A stretch of 63,100 nt of DNA, filler included, from Basidiobolus meristosporus CBS 931.73 (GCA_002104905.1; 4 parts of 4 records of this genome joined end to end with filler, not necessarily neighbours in it), one strand, 5' to 3'; numbered from the whole stretch's first letter, positions 21,851 to 35,763 are shown. Notes: a model not told the origin generated them from the letters alone. Made by a program: numbers and translations.

Positions 21851-24800
21851 GCAGTTCCATCCTCATGTTTAAAAGTATCCTTTAGACAAAAGCCTTTCTT
21901 TTTATCTTTCAGTTGTGCCACCAACCTTGTATTTTGTCTTGATGATACACTTCCAATCACTTGGCTTTAGATTGATTTATATATTGAACAAGTCTCAGGT
22001 TTTTTTTCTGCCAGGGCTTAATACCACTTGATCATTGCTGATCTCTAACACCCTATTTGCAGGCTAAATAGGGCCTCATTTGTAGTCTAGGGCTTGCCAA
22101 AATGTATTTTAAAGGCATAGGCTAGGTTTGCACCCTTATTTATATTTTAATCCAGGCTATTGCCTATCTGATTGAATCACCTGCCTTGTAGTACTAGAGT
22201 GTATACTTTTGGAATATTCCTAGGCAGAGGAATATTTGTAGAGACCACTGAAGTAAGTCAATCTACATTATTTTGCTCTGATTCAATCCTGAGTATTAGT
22301 GTACTTGCAATTGGATTTTTGTCATCATCTGATGGCACTTTTATGAGTATTGTGAATATTCATCCAACCACTCATCCAGGTGGAGTAGAATCTCTTGTAA
22401 AAATTTGTGATTCCACCTAAATATTCACCTAGCTTAGTCACTTAGATCATTACTTCCTAATCCTAGCAAATACTGACCAAATTCCTTGTTGGGATTTACT
22501 TCAAATATTTACCCAGAACATGAAAGTTACATAAGTTGTCCAAACAGCCCCAAACTTTGTGCACATGTTCTTGGGACCTTTCTTAGCCTATTCTATGTGT
22601 TAGTTATGCCAAGACCATGTAAAAGTATAAATACAACTTTACATGCTCTTGGGACCTTCCTGATCTATTGTATGTGTTTGTTATGGCAGGACTATATCAA
22701 AGTATAAATACTACTTTTACATTCAATAGATCATTAAGTGAGAACCGCATTGTCTACTTGTTCTCCCAATCACTTCCAATATCTCCAAGACTCTTACAAC
22801 AGGTTATGAGCCCCAAGCTGTCACTCTCTGCAATGTCTACTACTGCTATTACTGGAATTTTTCCCTCTGCTGAAAAGTTGGATGGATCTAACTACCAAGT
22901 GAGGAAGGTGAAGATGAAGATGCTGCTACAAGAAAAAGGCCTTTGGGATATTGTCATGGGGAAAAATGCCCTCCTAATAATGTGGGACAGGAAGCCTTAA
23001 AGTACCAGAAGAAAGAACAAGGTGCCTTCAACTGCATTTGCCTTAATGTTAAAGACAAATTGCTAATTCAATGCTCTAGAGCCAAAACAGCAATGAATGC
23101 CTGGAAGGCATTAGAAGACACCTACTAGTCATGTTCAGCTGCTAAGAAAATGTATCTAAGACAAAAATTCTTTATTACAATGATGCTGCCAGGAAAAGAA
23201 ATGAAATATCTTATTAACAGAATTACCCTATGGGTAGATGAAATAGAATCTGTGGGTGTACCAACTACTGATGAGGATGTGATAGTTACCATCCTGAATA
23301 GCATGACAGGCAAGTTTCAGGGCCTTGTATCAGCCCTAGAGTCCAGAACTGAAGATTTGACCTTATATTACGTATATGAAAGGCTCCTGGATCAGGAATT
23401 AAGAAAATCAAGCACCAATAAGAGGGAAGAAGAAAATGCTTTAATAAGCAATGTTAACCAACAAAGAAGGTACCCAAGACCCTATAAAGGCAACAGCAAC
23501 TTGTCTTGCAACTACTGCAAAAGGAAAGGACACACATCAGACCGGTGCTTCAAAAGAAGGATAGTCAGCAGAAAAAGCCTGAATATGGAAATGATGCAAC
23601 AACTGAAGATAGACTACGGATATCTGCACTAAATATGACCACAAACAAGGATTCTCAGACGTGGTATATGGACTCTGGAGCATCTCAACACTTTACACAC
23701 CAAAAGAACTTTTTACCCAATATCAAGAAATTTCAATTAAGAAGGTTTTTATGGGTGACAATAGAACACTTGATGCAGTGGGAGAAGGAACCATCCAAGT
23801 AAGCCTAAGTAGCAGTGAAGGAAGCCATACACTGACCTTGAAAGAAGTACTCTATGTACCAGAAATAGCCAAGAACCTACTGTTTGCAAGCTAGGCCACA
23901 GCTGAAGGACTCAGTTTCAACTTTGACAATTCTGGATGCAAGATCACTGATCAAAATGGTATCCATATTGCTTTGGGTATCAGAGATCAGAATCTATACA
24001 AGTTGACTTATATTCCATCATATTTGTAAGCCAATATAAGTAACTTAAATGAAGAAACATCAATGCTTTGGCACAGGAGATTTGGGCACATCCATTTTGA
24101 TTATTAGTGCAAAATGATCAAAGATCAACTAATTTCTAGAGTAAAAACTGATCCCCCAGCTAAATTGAAGCACTGTGAAGCCAGCATATATAGGAAGCAA
24201 GCCAGACAGCCATTGAAGAGCTCTGGGTAGATCCAAACTAAAAAAAAATTAGATCTAACTCACTCTGATCTGTGTGGACCTATGCAAAATTTATACTTAG
24301 TTGGGATGAAGTATTTAATCACCTTTATTGATGATTATACAAGATACACATGGGTCTACTTCATGGAGAGAAAGGAAGACACTCTGTCTAAGTTCAGGGA
24401 GTTTAAAGCCATGGTGGAGAGAGAAACTGGTGAAAAAATCAAGAAAATACGCTTTGACAATGGTGGAGAATGTACCCCAAAACTCTTCATCTACTTCTGC
24501 AAAATTTATGGGATAAAGTAAGAGACTACTGTACCTTACTCCCTACAGCAAAATGGAGTAGCAGAACGTGATAACAGAGCAATAACTAATATGACAAGAT
24601 CTATGAAGCATGATCAAATATTATCCTACGATTTTTGGCCAGAATCAGTTGCCACTGCTGTATACCTGAAAAATGGGAGTTATAACAGAATACTTGGTGG
24701 TTGTACCCCAGTTGAAGCATGGTATGGATACAGACCAAGTGCAGAACATGTATGAATACTTGGGTGTAGAGCATATGCCAAGAAACTGCCCAGAAATCAG

Positions 24801-27800
24801 TCAAAATCTGAACCATAGAGTGTAAAATGCATATTTTTGGGCTACTGCAATGAGATTAAAGCATACAGATTCTGCAATACTAAGGCAGAGAAGATAATCA
24901 AGTCCAGGGATGTGTTGCTTAATGAAAACTCAGAATTTTCACAAAAATGACATCAGATGATGAAGAAAATCTGATCTCAAGTCCACCTATTGTCAGGATT
25001 GAATCAGAGCAAAACAATGAAGATTTTTTTGCTCCAGAGGACCCTACAACTGTGGTTCAGCCAGAATCAGTGCCCAGGAATATCCCAGAAGTGATCATTT
25101 CAGTATCAAATGCCAAGAGATCCAATTTGACAAGAAATAGCTCAAATTACTATATTAATGAGGGTACAAACTTAGCCTATGCATATTCAGTCCATATTGA
25201 TGAGCCCCAGACTGTAAAAGAGGCCCTAAATAGCCCTCAGACAAAGTTTTGGAGATCTGCAATGACTGAGGAATATCAGGCCCTGATGGAAAATCAAACT
25301 TGGGACTTAGTCAAATTACCAATCAACCAAAAATCAATTGGATGCAGATGGGTCCTCAAGATAAAATACAAGGCGGATGGTACAATTGAAAGATACAAAG
25401 CAAGACTTGTTATTGCAGCTAAATATAAGTTTTTGTACATCAAATGGATGTAATAACTGCATTTTTGAATAGAGAACTTGATGGGGACATGTGTATAGAC
25501 CAGCCTGATGGGCTTGTTGACCAAGATAGCCCCTATTTGGTCTGCAGGCTTAAAAAGTCCCTTTATGGTCTCAAACAATCACCAAGAGCCTGGAATTGCA
25601 AGATAGATTCTTGTTTGGAATCTCTGATTTTCAAAAGGAGTAATGCTGACTATATTATATACTATAAGCCAGATAGAGCAAATCCAGTTCTATTAGCTCT
25701 ATATGTGGAAGATCTTATTATAGCCACCAATAACCTAGAAACATTGGAAGAGACTAAATCCAGCCTATCTAAGGAGTTCAAGATGTCAGATCTAGGGGAA
25801 CTCAGTTACTACTTAGGAGTTAAGTTCTTCATAGACAGAAGTACGCAGACTATTGCACTAAGCCAATCCAAGTATATTCAAGGTATACAAAAGAAGTACC
25901 AAATGGAAGACTGTAAACCAGCAGCTACCCCAATGGAGACAAACCTTAACTTGGTCAAAACACAGCCAAATCAAGAGAGCTTGGTGCCATCTGAAAGCCC
26001 TGACTTTCCTTATCAATCTATAGTCAGCAGTCTGATGTATGTCATGCTTGGAACATGTCCAGATATCTCATATTCAGTGGAGTTGTCAGTCAGCATAATC
26101 AGGACTATGGATCTGATCATATTGCAGCAGTTAAGCAGATTTTTAGATATCTAAAAGGAACTGCTGCTATCTGCTTAAGATACACTAATAAAGATTCAGA
26201 ACAGGATCTTGTGGGATACTCTGATGCTGACTGGGGACAAAGTTTAGAAGACAGAAGATCCACCACAGGATGCACCTATCTTCACTGTAAAGGAGCAATT
26301 TCATGGAATTCAAGAAAGCAACCAACTGTAGCACTTTCTACCACAGAGGCAGAGTACATGGCAGCCTGTGAATCTACCAAAGAAGCAATGTGGTTAAGAA
26401 AGTTTTCTACAAATTTAGGTTTAAGTCAAAAAAAGCCTATTACTTTATTTTAAGATAATTGAGGATGTATACAATTAGGTAGCCATCCAACTTTTCATGC
26501 TAGAACCAAGCACATAGATATTAGGCATCATTTCATACCTGATGCTATAGAGAATAACTTAATTAGCTTAGTTTACTGTCCTACAGATGAAACAATTTCA
26601 GACATATTTACCAATCCATTAGTTAGAGACAAGTTTGAATATCTTAGGTCAAAATTAGGACTAGCAGTATGAACATTTAACTGAGTGGGAGTGTTGTAAA
26701 AATTAGTGATTCCACCTAGATATTCACCTAACTTAGTCACTTAGATCATTACCTTCAAATCCTAGAGAATACTGACCAAATTCCTTGTTGGGATTTACAT
26801 AGTACATTTTCACCAAAATATCAGGTACCCGGAACATGAAAACTCTCAAAGTTGGGCAAACAGCCCTAAGCTTTGTACTCATGTTCTTGGGACCTTCCTT
26901 AGCCTATTCTATTGGTTGGTTATGCCAAGGCCATGTAAAAGTATAAATACTACTTTTATATTCAATAAATCATTAAGTGAAAACCACATAATCTACTTGT
27001 TTGCTCAATCACTTCCAATATCTCCAAGACTCTTACAACAGAATCAAGATGTATACTGATATTACTTCTATTCTCTGGTACACAGCTGTAGCAAGTGATA
27101 TGTCCTAAAATCATGGAACAATTCTGATCATGGTTTATAGTTCTTGAAATAACTATTAATGATCTGTTTGCTCACTCTGAAACTTCACTTTTTTCAAGTT
27201 GTAAGTATGACATAGTGGCTGCTTGTGTTGTCACATGCATGTTACAATAGTGAACAATTAGTCTTGTGGTATAATCTGCACCAATAGGTATGCATAGTTT
27301 CTTAATTTTAGCACTACTCTCCCACTTGACAATGGTTTTAGATTCTCCAAGCTAAGAAAGAGTCTATTACTTTTTTCTATGGCATAGGACTACACATATC
27401 TTGTACAGTTATCAATCAATGCTATGAAATATTTCATCCCAACCAAGAATGAATTTTGTATAGGCCTATAGAGCTTTAAATGAAGCAGATTTGATTTATA
27501 CCTAGTTTTGATTGACCCACTGCTCCTGAATAGTCATCTGACTTGTTTCCCATATGTGTTGGCTTGAAAGCTTTGCAAAGTGATAGGGGGAACAGTTATT
27601 ATTGCAATGTTTGCTAATCTTGGACTATTTCCCTCAATTAATCATACTAGATGAGTTCAAATCTCCCATACCAGAGCATTAGTGCTTTTTTAATAAGATA
27701 CTTATACTGAATTCCTGATTATATGGCATTTAAGCCCGCTTGCATATATTATGATCTTTAATACCTGAAGCAAAATAGGCACCATTTGGACAATTGATCT

Positions 27801-28700
27801 TGCATCTAGAATTGACAAACCCACTACTTGGTTCTTGAGCAGTGCCCTTGCCTTCAGATAGATGATCCATTGCTATATCTAGTTCATAGCATATATCCCT
27901 CAAGGTCTATGTACAAGCACTTTCCCTACTTATGAGGTTTGCTTGGATGGTGCCCTGTCCAACTGTAGTAAGTGTTTCATTGTCACCTACAAACACCTTG
28001 TCAGTTACAATCTCATGATGTAGGTAAAATCTCTCTTACTGCTCTATAAAGCGCTTAGATGAGCCAGAGATAATATTACATATCTGAAAGTCCTTGTTTG
28101 TGGTCATACATAGTGTAAATCAAATAGACTATCATTGGTTGTTGCAGCATTTGCATATTCCAACTTTTTCTGCTAATTATCTGTACACTCAAAGCACTAG
28201 TCTGCTATATATTGTTTCCTATTTCAGTAGCTACAAGATATAATGCTACTGTTTTTATAGTGTAGTGAGTAGCTCCAATGGTGCTGATTGTTGCTTATTG
28301 AAGCATCTTCTTTGTTTGCATCAGAGCTTGATTTTCCCATACTTCTTGCAGGAGCCTTTTCTATACACAACTTAAAGTCAGATATCTTGTTTTGGACTTG
28401 GAGTAGATCCAAGGCCCTGAGGCTTGCCAATCAGGCAGGAAAGTACTATCACATATTTGGCACCAGTTTATATGCCCTGAGATTCCATCTCATCAACCTA
28501 TAGGATACCTCTATTCATCAGATCTTTTGTTATTTCTCCTTGGAGTACATTTGTTGTCAGGAATTCTATCTTAGATATTTTCTTAGCAGCTGAAGATAAC
28601 CAGTAGATATTTGTTCAGGACTTTCAGGTATTTTTTTACTACTTTTGCTGTGGAGCATTGAATTTGCAAATTTCAACTATTGCTAATATTATGAAAAAAT
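21830..28700 (-). mobile_element. Older, decayed copia family A copy (about 21830-22392 and 27041-28700) interrupted by a younger copy
   Basis: The reverse complement of 21900-22200 matches the integrase-RT linker and RT start at 25150-25420. The reverse complement of 27900-28600 matches the protease and gag regions. Confidence 0.75.
22393..27040 (+). mobile_element. Full-length but inactivated Ty1/copia family A element with GAATC TSD
   Basis: 5' LTR 22393-22801 (internal ~78-bp duplication), PBS ggttatgagccc 22802-22813, gag with CNYCKRKGHTSDRC, protease WYMDSGASQH, integrase, RT LKKSLYGLKQSP, RNaseH GYSDADW/STTEAEY, PPT tgagtgggag, 3' LTR 26692-27040. GAATC on both flanks. Many stops and frameshifts, and about 30 aa deleted after YKARLV. 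Confidence 0.95.
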
Positions 28701-29199
28701 AACTTTGATTATCCCATTGAAAGGCCACTACAAGACCTTAATCCCATGACTAACAGGTGCTGATGCTATTTGAACACTATGCAAAGATTATTAAGAAACT
28801 GTGCCTTAGACATTACAAAAAGCCTAGTAAATTTTCATTACAACAAATCAGAAGTGGTCTTTGTTACCAATATCTGGAATTCTACCTAAGTATTTGTCTA
28901 ACTTAGACACTTAGATAAATACCTACAAATCTAGAGAATGCTAACCTAATTTATAGCAGGGATGTGCCACAACTTTTTTTATAGTGATTACTTTAGAGGG
29001 ATCTCATTGAATTTTACATTATTGTAAGTGCCATATCTCAAGTGCAAGACTGTCTTAAGCTCACATGAATATTGACAAAAGAGGGATATAATGGCTTTAT
29101 GCTGTAAAGTGTCAAGCTCTCTGGCCCATGGACAAGACTACCTTGACTCAATGCCATAGAAGAAGGGAAAAAAAGTAATGTGGCCACTGAAATAAGCCT

Positions 29200-29720
29200 C
29201 TCAGCTATCAAGCATTCTGATAGCATATGAAGTATTAGAAGGCTCATGGCCAGTTTGCTGCCACACAAGTCTTATATGTGAGCTCTTCACATACTACTGT
29301 GCTAGCAACATCTTGTCTGCTACTTGATTCTTCTGTAATGGCAACTAGCTGCACCTATCACCATGTGCAAGCTGAGTCAGGATAGTTTATGACACCATTT
29401 GGCTTATCTCAGCCTTCTGAATATGGCCTTCAGAGTGGGAGCTCTGAGGAAGAAAGCTCACCAATGGATTGTGAGCCTATCTCTCCATGCTGCAGTACAC
29501 TGTATGAGACTAGCAAGGTACCAATATGTATTGCAGCAACATCAACAGAAGATAATGCCATGGATACTTGATGGAGCCAAGTGTGTACAAAAATCCATCT
29601 ACTGTGAATGATGCAATGTTGTAGCTTCAGAAGTATTGTGTTTTCATCAATATCAGTGATATAGAACAATCAATAAGCCAGGTAATTAAAGCAGTATTTG
29701 TGCAGGAAGGAAGAAACTCT
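29200..29720 (+). repeat. Unidentified dispersed repeat; inverted homolog at about 35070-35600
   Basis: SQPSEYGLQSGSSEEESSPMDCEPISPCCSTLYETSKVPIC (plus, 29389) aligns with PQPFEYCTQSDSPEEEGTLLDSKPISPNSSTLHETSKISIC (minus, 35195..35506). Confidence 0.7.
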
Positions 29721-29735
29721 AGCCCTGTGAAAAAT

Positions 29736-30472
29736 TGACTTGTTCTACTGGACAGCACCACCTTGAGCTATGAGTGCAAGATGGTGCCTTGGCATGCTAT
29801 AGTGGCATAGTAGACCTTAACTTTGCTACACAACGGGAAACACAATTCTATTTTCTCATGCAAATGCACCTCTGAGTTTCCCCTTCTGTTCTGGAGAAAA
29901 CCCAATTTTTGACTTATTCTTTGGGGTTTTTTTGTGCACAGTATGTAAGAATCAGAAGAATGCAGATGGACTGAGGACAAATACTTGGTACTCAATACCT
30001 ATGACACTGCTAGTCTAGCTGCAGAGGCTTGTAACAAGTAACAGAAATGCATCACACTCTCTTGGTCTACGGATTCTATCTGGCACTATGTTGAAATATC
30101 AGCTCTGAAGTAACACTCATACAAAGCACTGATACCACCTTATTGTACTATTGGACTAAGATAGGGCCATGCACTTTTGAGCATACTTCAAGCCTCTGCA
30201 GCTAGAATCAGAATGCCATGAGTATTGCCTACTAAATGTGAGTCTTCAGTCTTTCTGCACTCCTACACATTATGCTAACAATATATCTCAAAAAAGCTCA
30301 AAAACTGGATTTTCTCCATTACAGGAGGTGTGTACAAGGGCTACATTGCATAGAAATGCAGAGTAACTTTTATCACTCTGTAGACAGGTATAGGCTACTT
30401 TGCCTCTCTTGCACACCATGACACTATTTTGCACTCATGCCTCAATGCAGCACCACCCAATGAAACAAATCT
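29736..30472. mobile_element. Old diverged copy of the foldback MITE family
   Basis: tgacttgttc...gaaacaaatct termini, about 737 bp, with long degenerate inverted arms matching 42800-43531. Confidence 0.75.
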
Positions 30473-30669
30473 ATGAATTGAGACACACAGGTGGATCTAG
30501 TCTGGAACAGTCATCAGGATCCTACCATAAGGCTGTCATAGTGCTAGCAGGTTAGAATTATTGATCATCCACACAGTCATAAAATGGAATTGTGATGGCA
30601 TTTGCAGAACTTTCTGCCAAATAATGTCAATACTTGACAGCATCAAAGCATTCTTTTGACAAGAATTGC

Positions 30670-31110
30670 ATGGCATTCTGACAATCTTGATGCACTTCAG
30701 ATCAATTTGAGTGGAACTAACCAGCTAATGCATTCAATTGCCACCTATGGCAAGAAGCTTTGTAGTGATCTAATGGCCTCATTGCAGACCTCTGCTTGCA
30801 TTATGACAGCAGTATGGTAGCCTACAGTTAGTTCTGTATAATACTACTGAGCCAACTTACATAATAGTACTTGCTTTTTCAACCTCCCCTTAGGCCATAT
30901 GTTTACTCCACTGTAGAATTACCCTTCTTTACTTGCTGACCATTACTACATTAGGTATTACATATATAGCTCATATCATAATATGCTATGGCATCCTGCT
31001 TACTAACCTGTACATGCACACATACCTGCTGCAATTAACACACTACTATTGCCCCAACCTTACAGCTTTTCAGCTTGGTACTTGCAAAGTTGCTATTTAC
31101 CTTTTGTTGC
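30670..31110. repeat. Unidentified dispersed repeat; direct homolog at about 52760-53200
   Basis: Shared blocks such as atggcct(c/t)a(t/a)tgcagacct, acctcccctt, ccactgtaga and tactaacct(g/c)taca occur in the same order. Confidence 0.7.
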
Positions 31111-31249
31111 TGGTAACATACACCTCTTGCATATATATGTTTGGTTGACACCACTGTTGCCATGAGTACCTCCTGAATATTCAAAATGAGCTCTGTAGTA
31201 GTTAGCCAATAAATTCCTTTTCCCTATTAGATTCTAGACTCCCTGATAG

Positions 31250-32900
31250 GTACATTCTGGCTTATTTTTGTGTGAATTCCATATTGAGTGGCATACAGAC
31301 TGGCTTATGACTAAGACATAGCCTGCATACTTTGATAAACCTGTCATAATAGAAGTAAGTTGCTTGTTGTGGCCAACCTAGTCATGCATAACTTGATTGA
31401 TTACCCACTAATTGGGACTGCTTAGCTTCTTAGTTCCAAAGACATAGGTCTCTCCATGTGCAAAGCTATTCCCAGTATTCTCCAACTATTCCTAGCTGTC
31501 CTCCATGTGCCAACTCATCAATTCCATGATGGAGTTGAAGGTAAAGCTGTTGATGAGACTGGTTATGGTAATACCTGAAACTTGACTTGTCTTCCTATCT
31601 CCCCACACATCTGTTCTATGGAAACTCTCAAAAGCTAAAGTAAGGCCCAATATTCTCCACATGCCTGTGGAAAGTCTTGTGCTAACAGATACTCTCTAGC
31701 TTAAGTATCTCCAGTTTCTAGTTAGTTTCATATTCTGCCCAGTGGCCTTTAGTTTGCAAGCTTTGCTGCAATTGCATGCTGACTTCTGTATGTTGTCCCT
31801 GTGGGAAGATGATGCACTTAGTGTAGTTTTTTACATAATAAAATGTGCTTGTGTTATGGAGTAACTCCCCTGAATCTCACATATTCAACATCAATACTGA
31901 TTATTGTGCCTAGAAAAGCTGGCTTTCTTGCTGATGGCTGGGGTATGCCCAATGCAGATAATAATATGTGCTTTTGCATGACAACCATATAGCTATATTC
32001 TGCTGGAAAGCATACAATATCCATCCACCAATGGATACAGTTAGCTCTCCAGGTTGTATGGTGATTTGGGCCAAAATACCAGCAGCCATTACCATCAGAT
32101 ATCTGCTCCAATACCAATAGATTGGTGACAAATTCAAGGTGATGAGAATTAGTAGCCAGCAGGATTTAGTGGTGGAGTACTTGTTTAATGAGACTCCATT
32201 AAGTGCCTAGGCAAAGGCATGGCCATACATCCCTTCAAAGTGGCACTTGCTTCTTAGTTGCTTGTATGTTTGCCATATAATATATTGGAAATGTTGGCAC
32301 TTGATTGATGCTGACACAATTTGTTTATAGCTTCACATTATTTGCTGCACTGCATGATCTTCCTTAGATGAGGTGTTACTGTAATATATCTGGTGTGGTG
32401 GTGCTTGAGTCTATGGGAGAGATACATCCAACACTTCTCAAGTGTTTTGTGTGTGATGTGTTCAATGGGTGCAATAATCTCTTACAAAAGCTTGCTAGAA
32501 ATACTTGAGCTTTGTCTCTACTTTAATGTGAAGGGGACTACAGCCACAAGATTGTCAAGGAAAAACCATTGAGCTACAGTCCCCAAACTAACTGGCATTT
32601 TAACAAAAGTATGTGCTGGGTTCAGCATCCTCTGGGATGGCAACATACAAAACTTTTAAAAGCTTCCAAAGTGAAAGTAGCTGTAAACTTCACCAGCAGG
32701 GCCTTGATAAGAATACAGCTGTGGACAATAGCTATAGGGACAGAAAGGTATCTTTCCCTGCAGAAGAGCAAACTAGGAAAGAGTAAGATATATTAAAAGA
32801 TATCTTCTCTGAGTATCCCTCACAAGAAGTGCCTCAAAGGTCAGTGGGCTATTGGCCTGGTTTCCTGGGAGTGTCCTGTGGTCTGGGATTAGAAATTTGG
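31250..32900 (-). mobile_element. Probable heavily decayed Ty3/gypsy pol relic (different from the intact family)
   Basis: Reverse-strand remnants resemble the integrase zinc-binding region (H..KT...W......MQC..C) and downstream integrase. Stops are frequent, so the assignment is tentative. Confidence 0.4.
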
Positions 32901-33304
32901 GTAGCAGCAGGTAGCAGTGATTGCACTAATTAGCAAGTTGGCATACTGATAAAAGGGATGATAATTTATTGTGAAGGGATTTGTTGTGTTGTATTATGAT
33001 TAGTTTGGGGCTTGTTCTACAATGTAGAGGCTAATCAACAATATACAAACACTTCCAGTATGCTAATACTGAAATAGTTTATTGGGAGTTTGATATACCA
33101 ATGGAAGATATAACTTTCACTAATTTCCTCAATCTTGGGCTCAAAATATACTGTAGGCAGTGTTTATCACTTCTACAGCAGTGTTCTGTCCTTCTGTTGA
33201 CTAATGGGCTTATTTACCATTATAGTAACTTTTCCTTATTTGGAAGTCACTTTCCTTTCTGAGAAAATATTTCCTAATATGGAAATTCTGAACTCCCCTT
33301 TAAC

Positions 33305-33472
33305 CTAAAGGGGTGTGTTGTAGAAGTCTCAAGGGGTCTTTAGACCTAAAGGGGTGTCTAAAGGGGTGTCTTTAGAGTAAAGGGGCTTCTTGTAGTGGTC
33401 TCTAAAGGGGTCTTTAGACTAAAGGGGTGTCTAAAGGGGTGTCTTTAGAGTAAAGGGGCTTCTTAGAGGGGA
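33305..33472 (+). repeat. G-tract minisatellite of (C)TAAAGGGGT(G)TC-like units with a ~72-bp higher-order duplication
   Basis: Ten GGGG tracts in 168 bp. The block ctaaaggggtgtctaaaggggtgtctttagagtaaaggggcttctt occurs twice. Confidence 0.85.
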
Positions 33473-34489
33473 CTTTTCCGACAGAAAAGTGGTAGTTTCT
33501 TGTAGAAGTTAGATTGGATTCTTGTGAGCTTTGCAGTCTCTTTACTGATGTAGTACTGATCAAAGTCAGAATACTCAACAGTGCAAGTGATGCAGGGGAA
33601 GTCTTATAACCTTTAAACTTGTAATTGTAGTGTGGAGATTCTGGAAAGAGAGGCTCTCCCTTTATTTTTCTGCTGGGGAAGTCATATGTATGAAAATTTT
33701 GAAGGATCAAAGTTTTTGGGCAATTGCGCAAGCAATACACGTGATACAAAGCTAAAATTTTGCAGTGGCGCAGATCGGACATAGGCGCAGCACCTATGTA
33801 AGTTTTACATGATTTGATTGGCTGGTTCAAAAGTTACGCGCGATCAAAGTCACCATAGTAATCCTAGCAATAAGGCATAGTATATATAATAGTTGGACTC
33901 TTTTGGTCATAACTCCTTAAGTACTACTTCAAATGAGCTGTAATTTGAAACATGTGTTGGCTACTACGTGTTCTGTATGACATAATATTCTTGGGTGGAT
34001 TGCTTGTCAGGGTCTGGAGCATTTGTTCATCAAAGTTGGAAATTCTTGATCTTTCACTTGTGTGTTACAATAGCAAAAAGCAAAATAAAGAAATGAGTGC
34101 AATATTGGTTTAGAGATATTGTAGTAATGGAATACTTTCCATTACCACAGATTACCTCCCTTATATACTACACTCACTGGCCAAGCAATTACTAATCATG
34201 GTATTCCAGAAGGCTTTGATGATCAATAGAAATCTTAATAACATTAGAATATACTAAGAATGTTCTTAGATGCTGGCAGGTTCTAGGGGGCACAGCACAT
34301 CCAACTTATCAGGGATTGGTATGCTGAAACCAGTGTAACATAGGGATACCATATATGGAGTAGCAAAGGTAATGATGGGGACACAGTTGGGTCATGTGTT
34401 TTAGGTACTGGCACAGGTGCTTGCCTAATAAAGAAGCACTTACACTTAGTAATCTTACATAAAGTGAGGAATAACTTATGCAATAAGAT

Positions 34490-34727
34490 GGACTTGTCCT
34501 GTTGGATGGTGCCACATTGAGCCATAAGCGCCAAATGATCCCAAAAAAAGGTCAAAAATGGATTTTCTCCAGCACAACTAGTGAAGCACAGACACTGCTT
34601 TGCATAAAGATGAAGAACTATGTTTCACACTTTATGGCCAAGTACAAGCCCACTTGGCCTCCCTGGCACACTATGGCATCATTTGGCACTCAAGGCTCAG
34701 TGTGGCACTATCTAATGGAACAAGTCT
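34490..34727. mobile_element. Internally deleted copy of the foldback MITE (238 bp)
   Basis: ggacttgtcc...ggaacaagtct termini, a short left arm fused to a long right arm, flanks GAT/AAT. Confidence 0.85.
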
Positions 34728-35763
34728 AATAACCAGGTGTCATAACTGACTTGGTGATGGGATAGTACTGATCAGATGAGACAAATGGGACAAAGCTAAA
34801 ATTAAGGTAGTGGATAAAAAGGGGAGTAGAAATATAGGAATGTGCAAAACTGTCAGTGGATGTTACTATGACCTCACAACATTGGAGTGTGAAAATTTCT
34901 TCCTCCTATGGTGGTGGACTTCTGACAAATTGCACACCTTGCAATGGTGGCATTTTCTGATGGGAATCCAAGCAACTGTTAACACATGCTGGTATCAGGA
35001 TGGTTTCTGGGTTATATGTTGCAAGCTAGATGATAGTTGTCCATTTGCACCATGTACAGGGTAGGTTGCAGCCTGGAATGATTGTGTCAAGAAGTAGTAG
35101 TAGAGCCCCAAAGCCTCACTACTATTATTGATAGAAATATGCCACTTTTCTAACCACAACATTGCATCACTCACCAGTAGATAGATTACTGGGCTCACTT
35201 GGTTTCATAAAGTATCCTTGGCATTCTTTCCATAAATGTAGTATCATTGCATATTGAGATTTTGCTTGTCTCATGCAGAGTACTACTATTAGGAGAGATG
35301 GGCTTACTATCCAACAGTGTCCCTTCTTCTTCAGGGCTGTCACTCTGTGTGCAATATTCAAAAGGCTGAGGTGAGCCTAAAGATGTCACAGACTCACCTG
35401 ACTCAGTTTTGGCAAGGTAACTATTACAGCTAGCTACAACTATAGTAGTAGCAAGTGGCTGGTGAGATATTGTAGTTATAGCAGTGATTGATGTGAAATC
35501 AAACATGACCAGTGTGGCAAAATACTGGCTGCAACCCTTATCACACTTCCTATGCTGTCTGCATGCTTCATTACTTACAGACTTATTACAATAGCCTCAT
35601 GGTCTTTTTTCTCTTCTCTTACAACAATGAATCTGGTGAATGGGCAAATATGACATGTATGGCAAAACACTTTCTGTGCTCCTTGTAATATGTTCTATGC
35701 TCTCTGTGTGCTTGATGACTCAGAAGCTTGTTACAATAGCCACAGGGTCTTTTTCTGTTATCT

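Noticed and set aside
33414-33830. 138-aa ORF as a real gene
   Set aside because: It spans a repeat junction and the G-tract minisatellite, and has no coherent domain.
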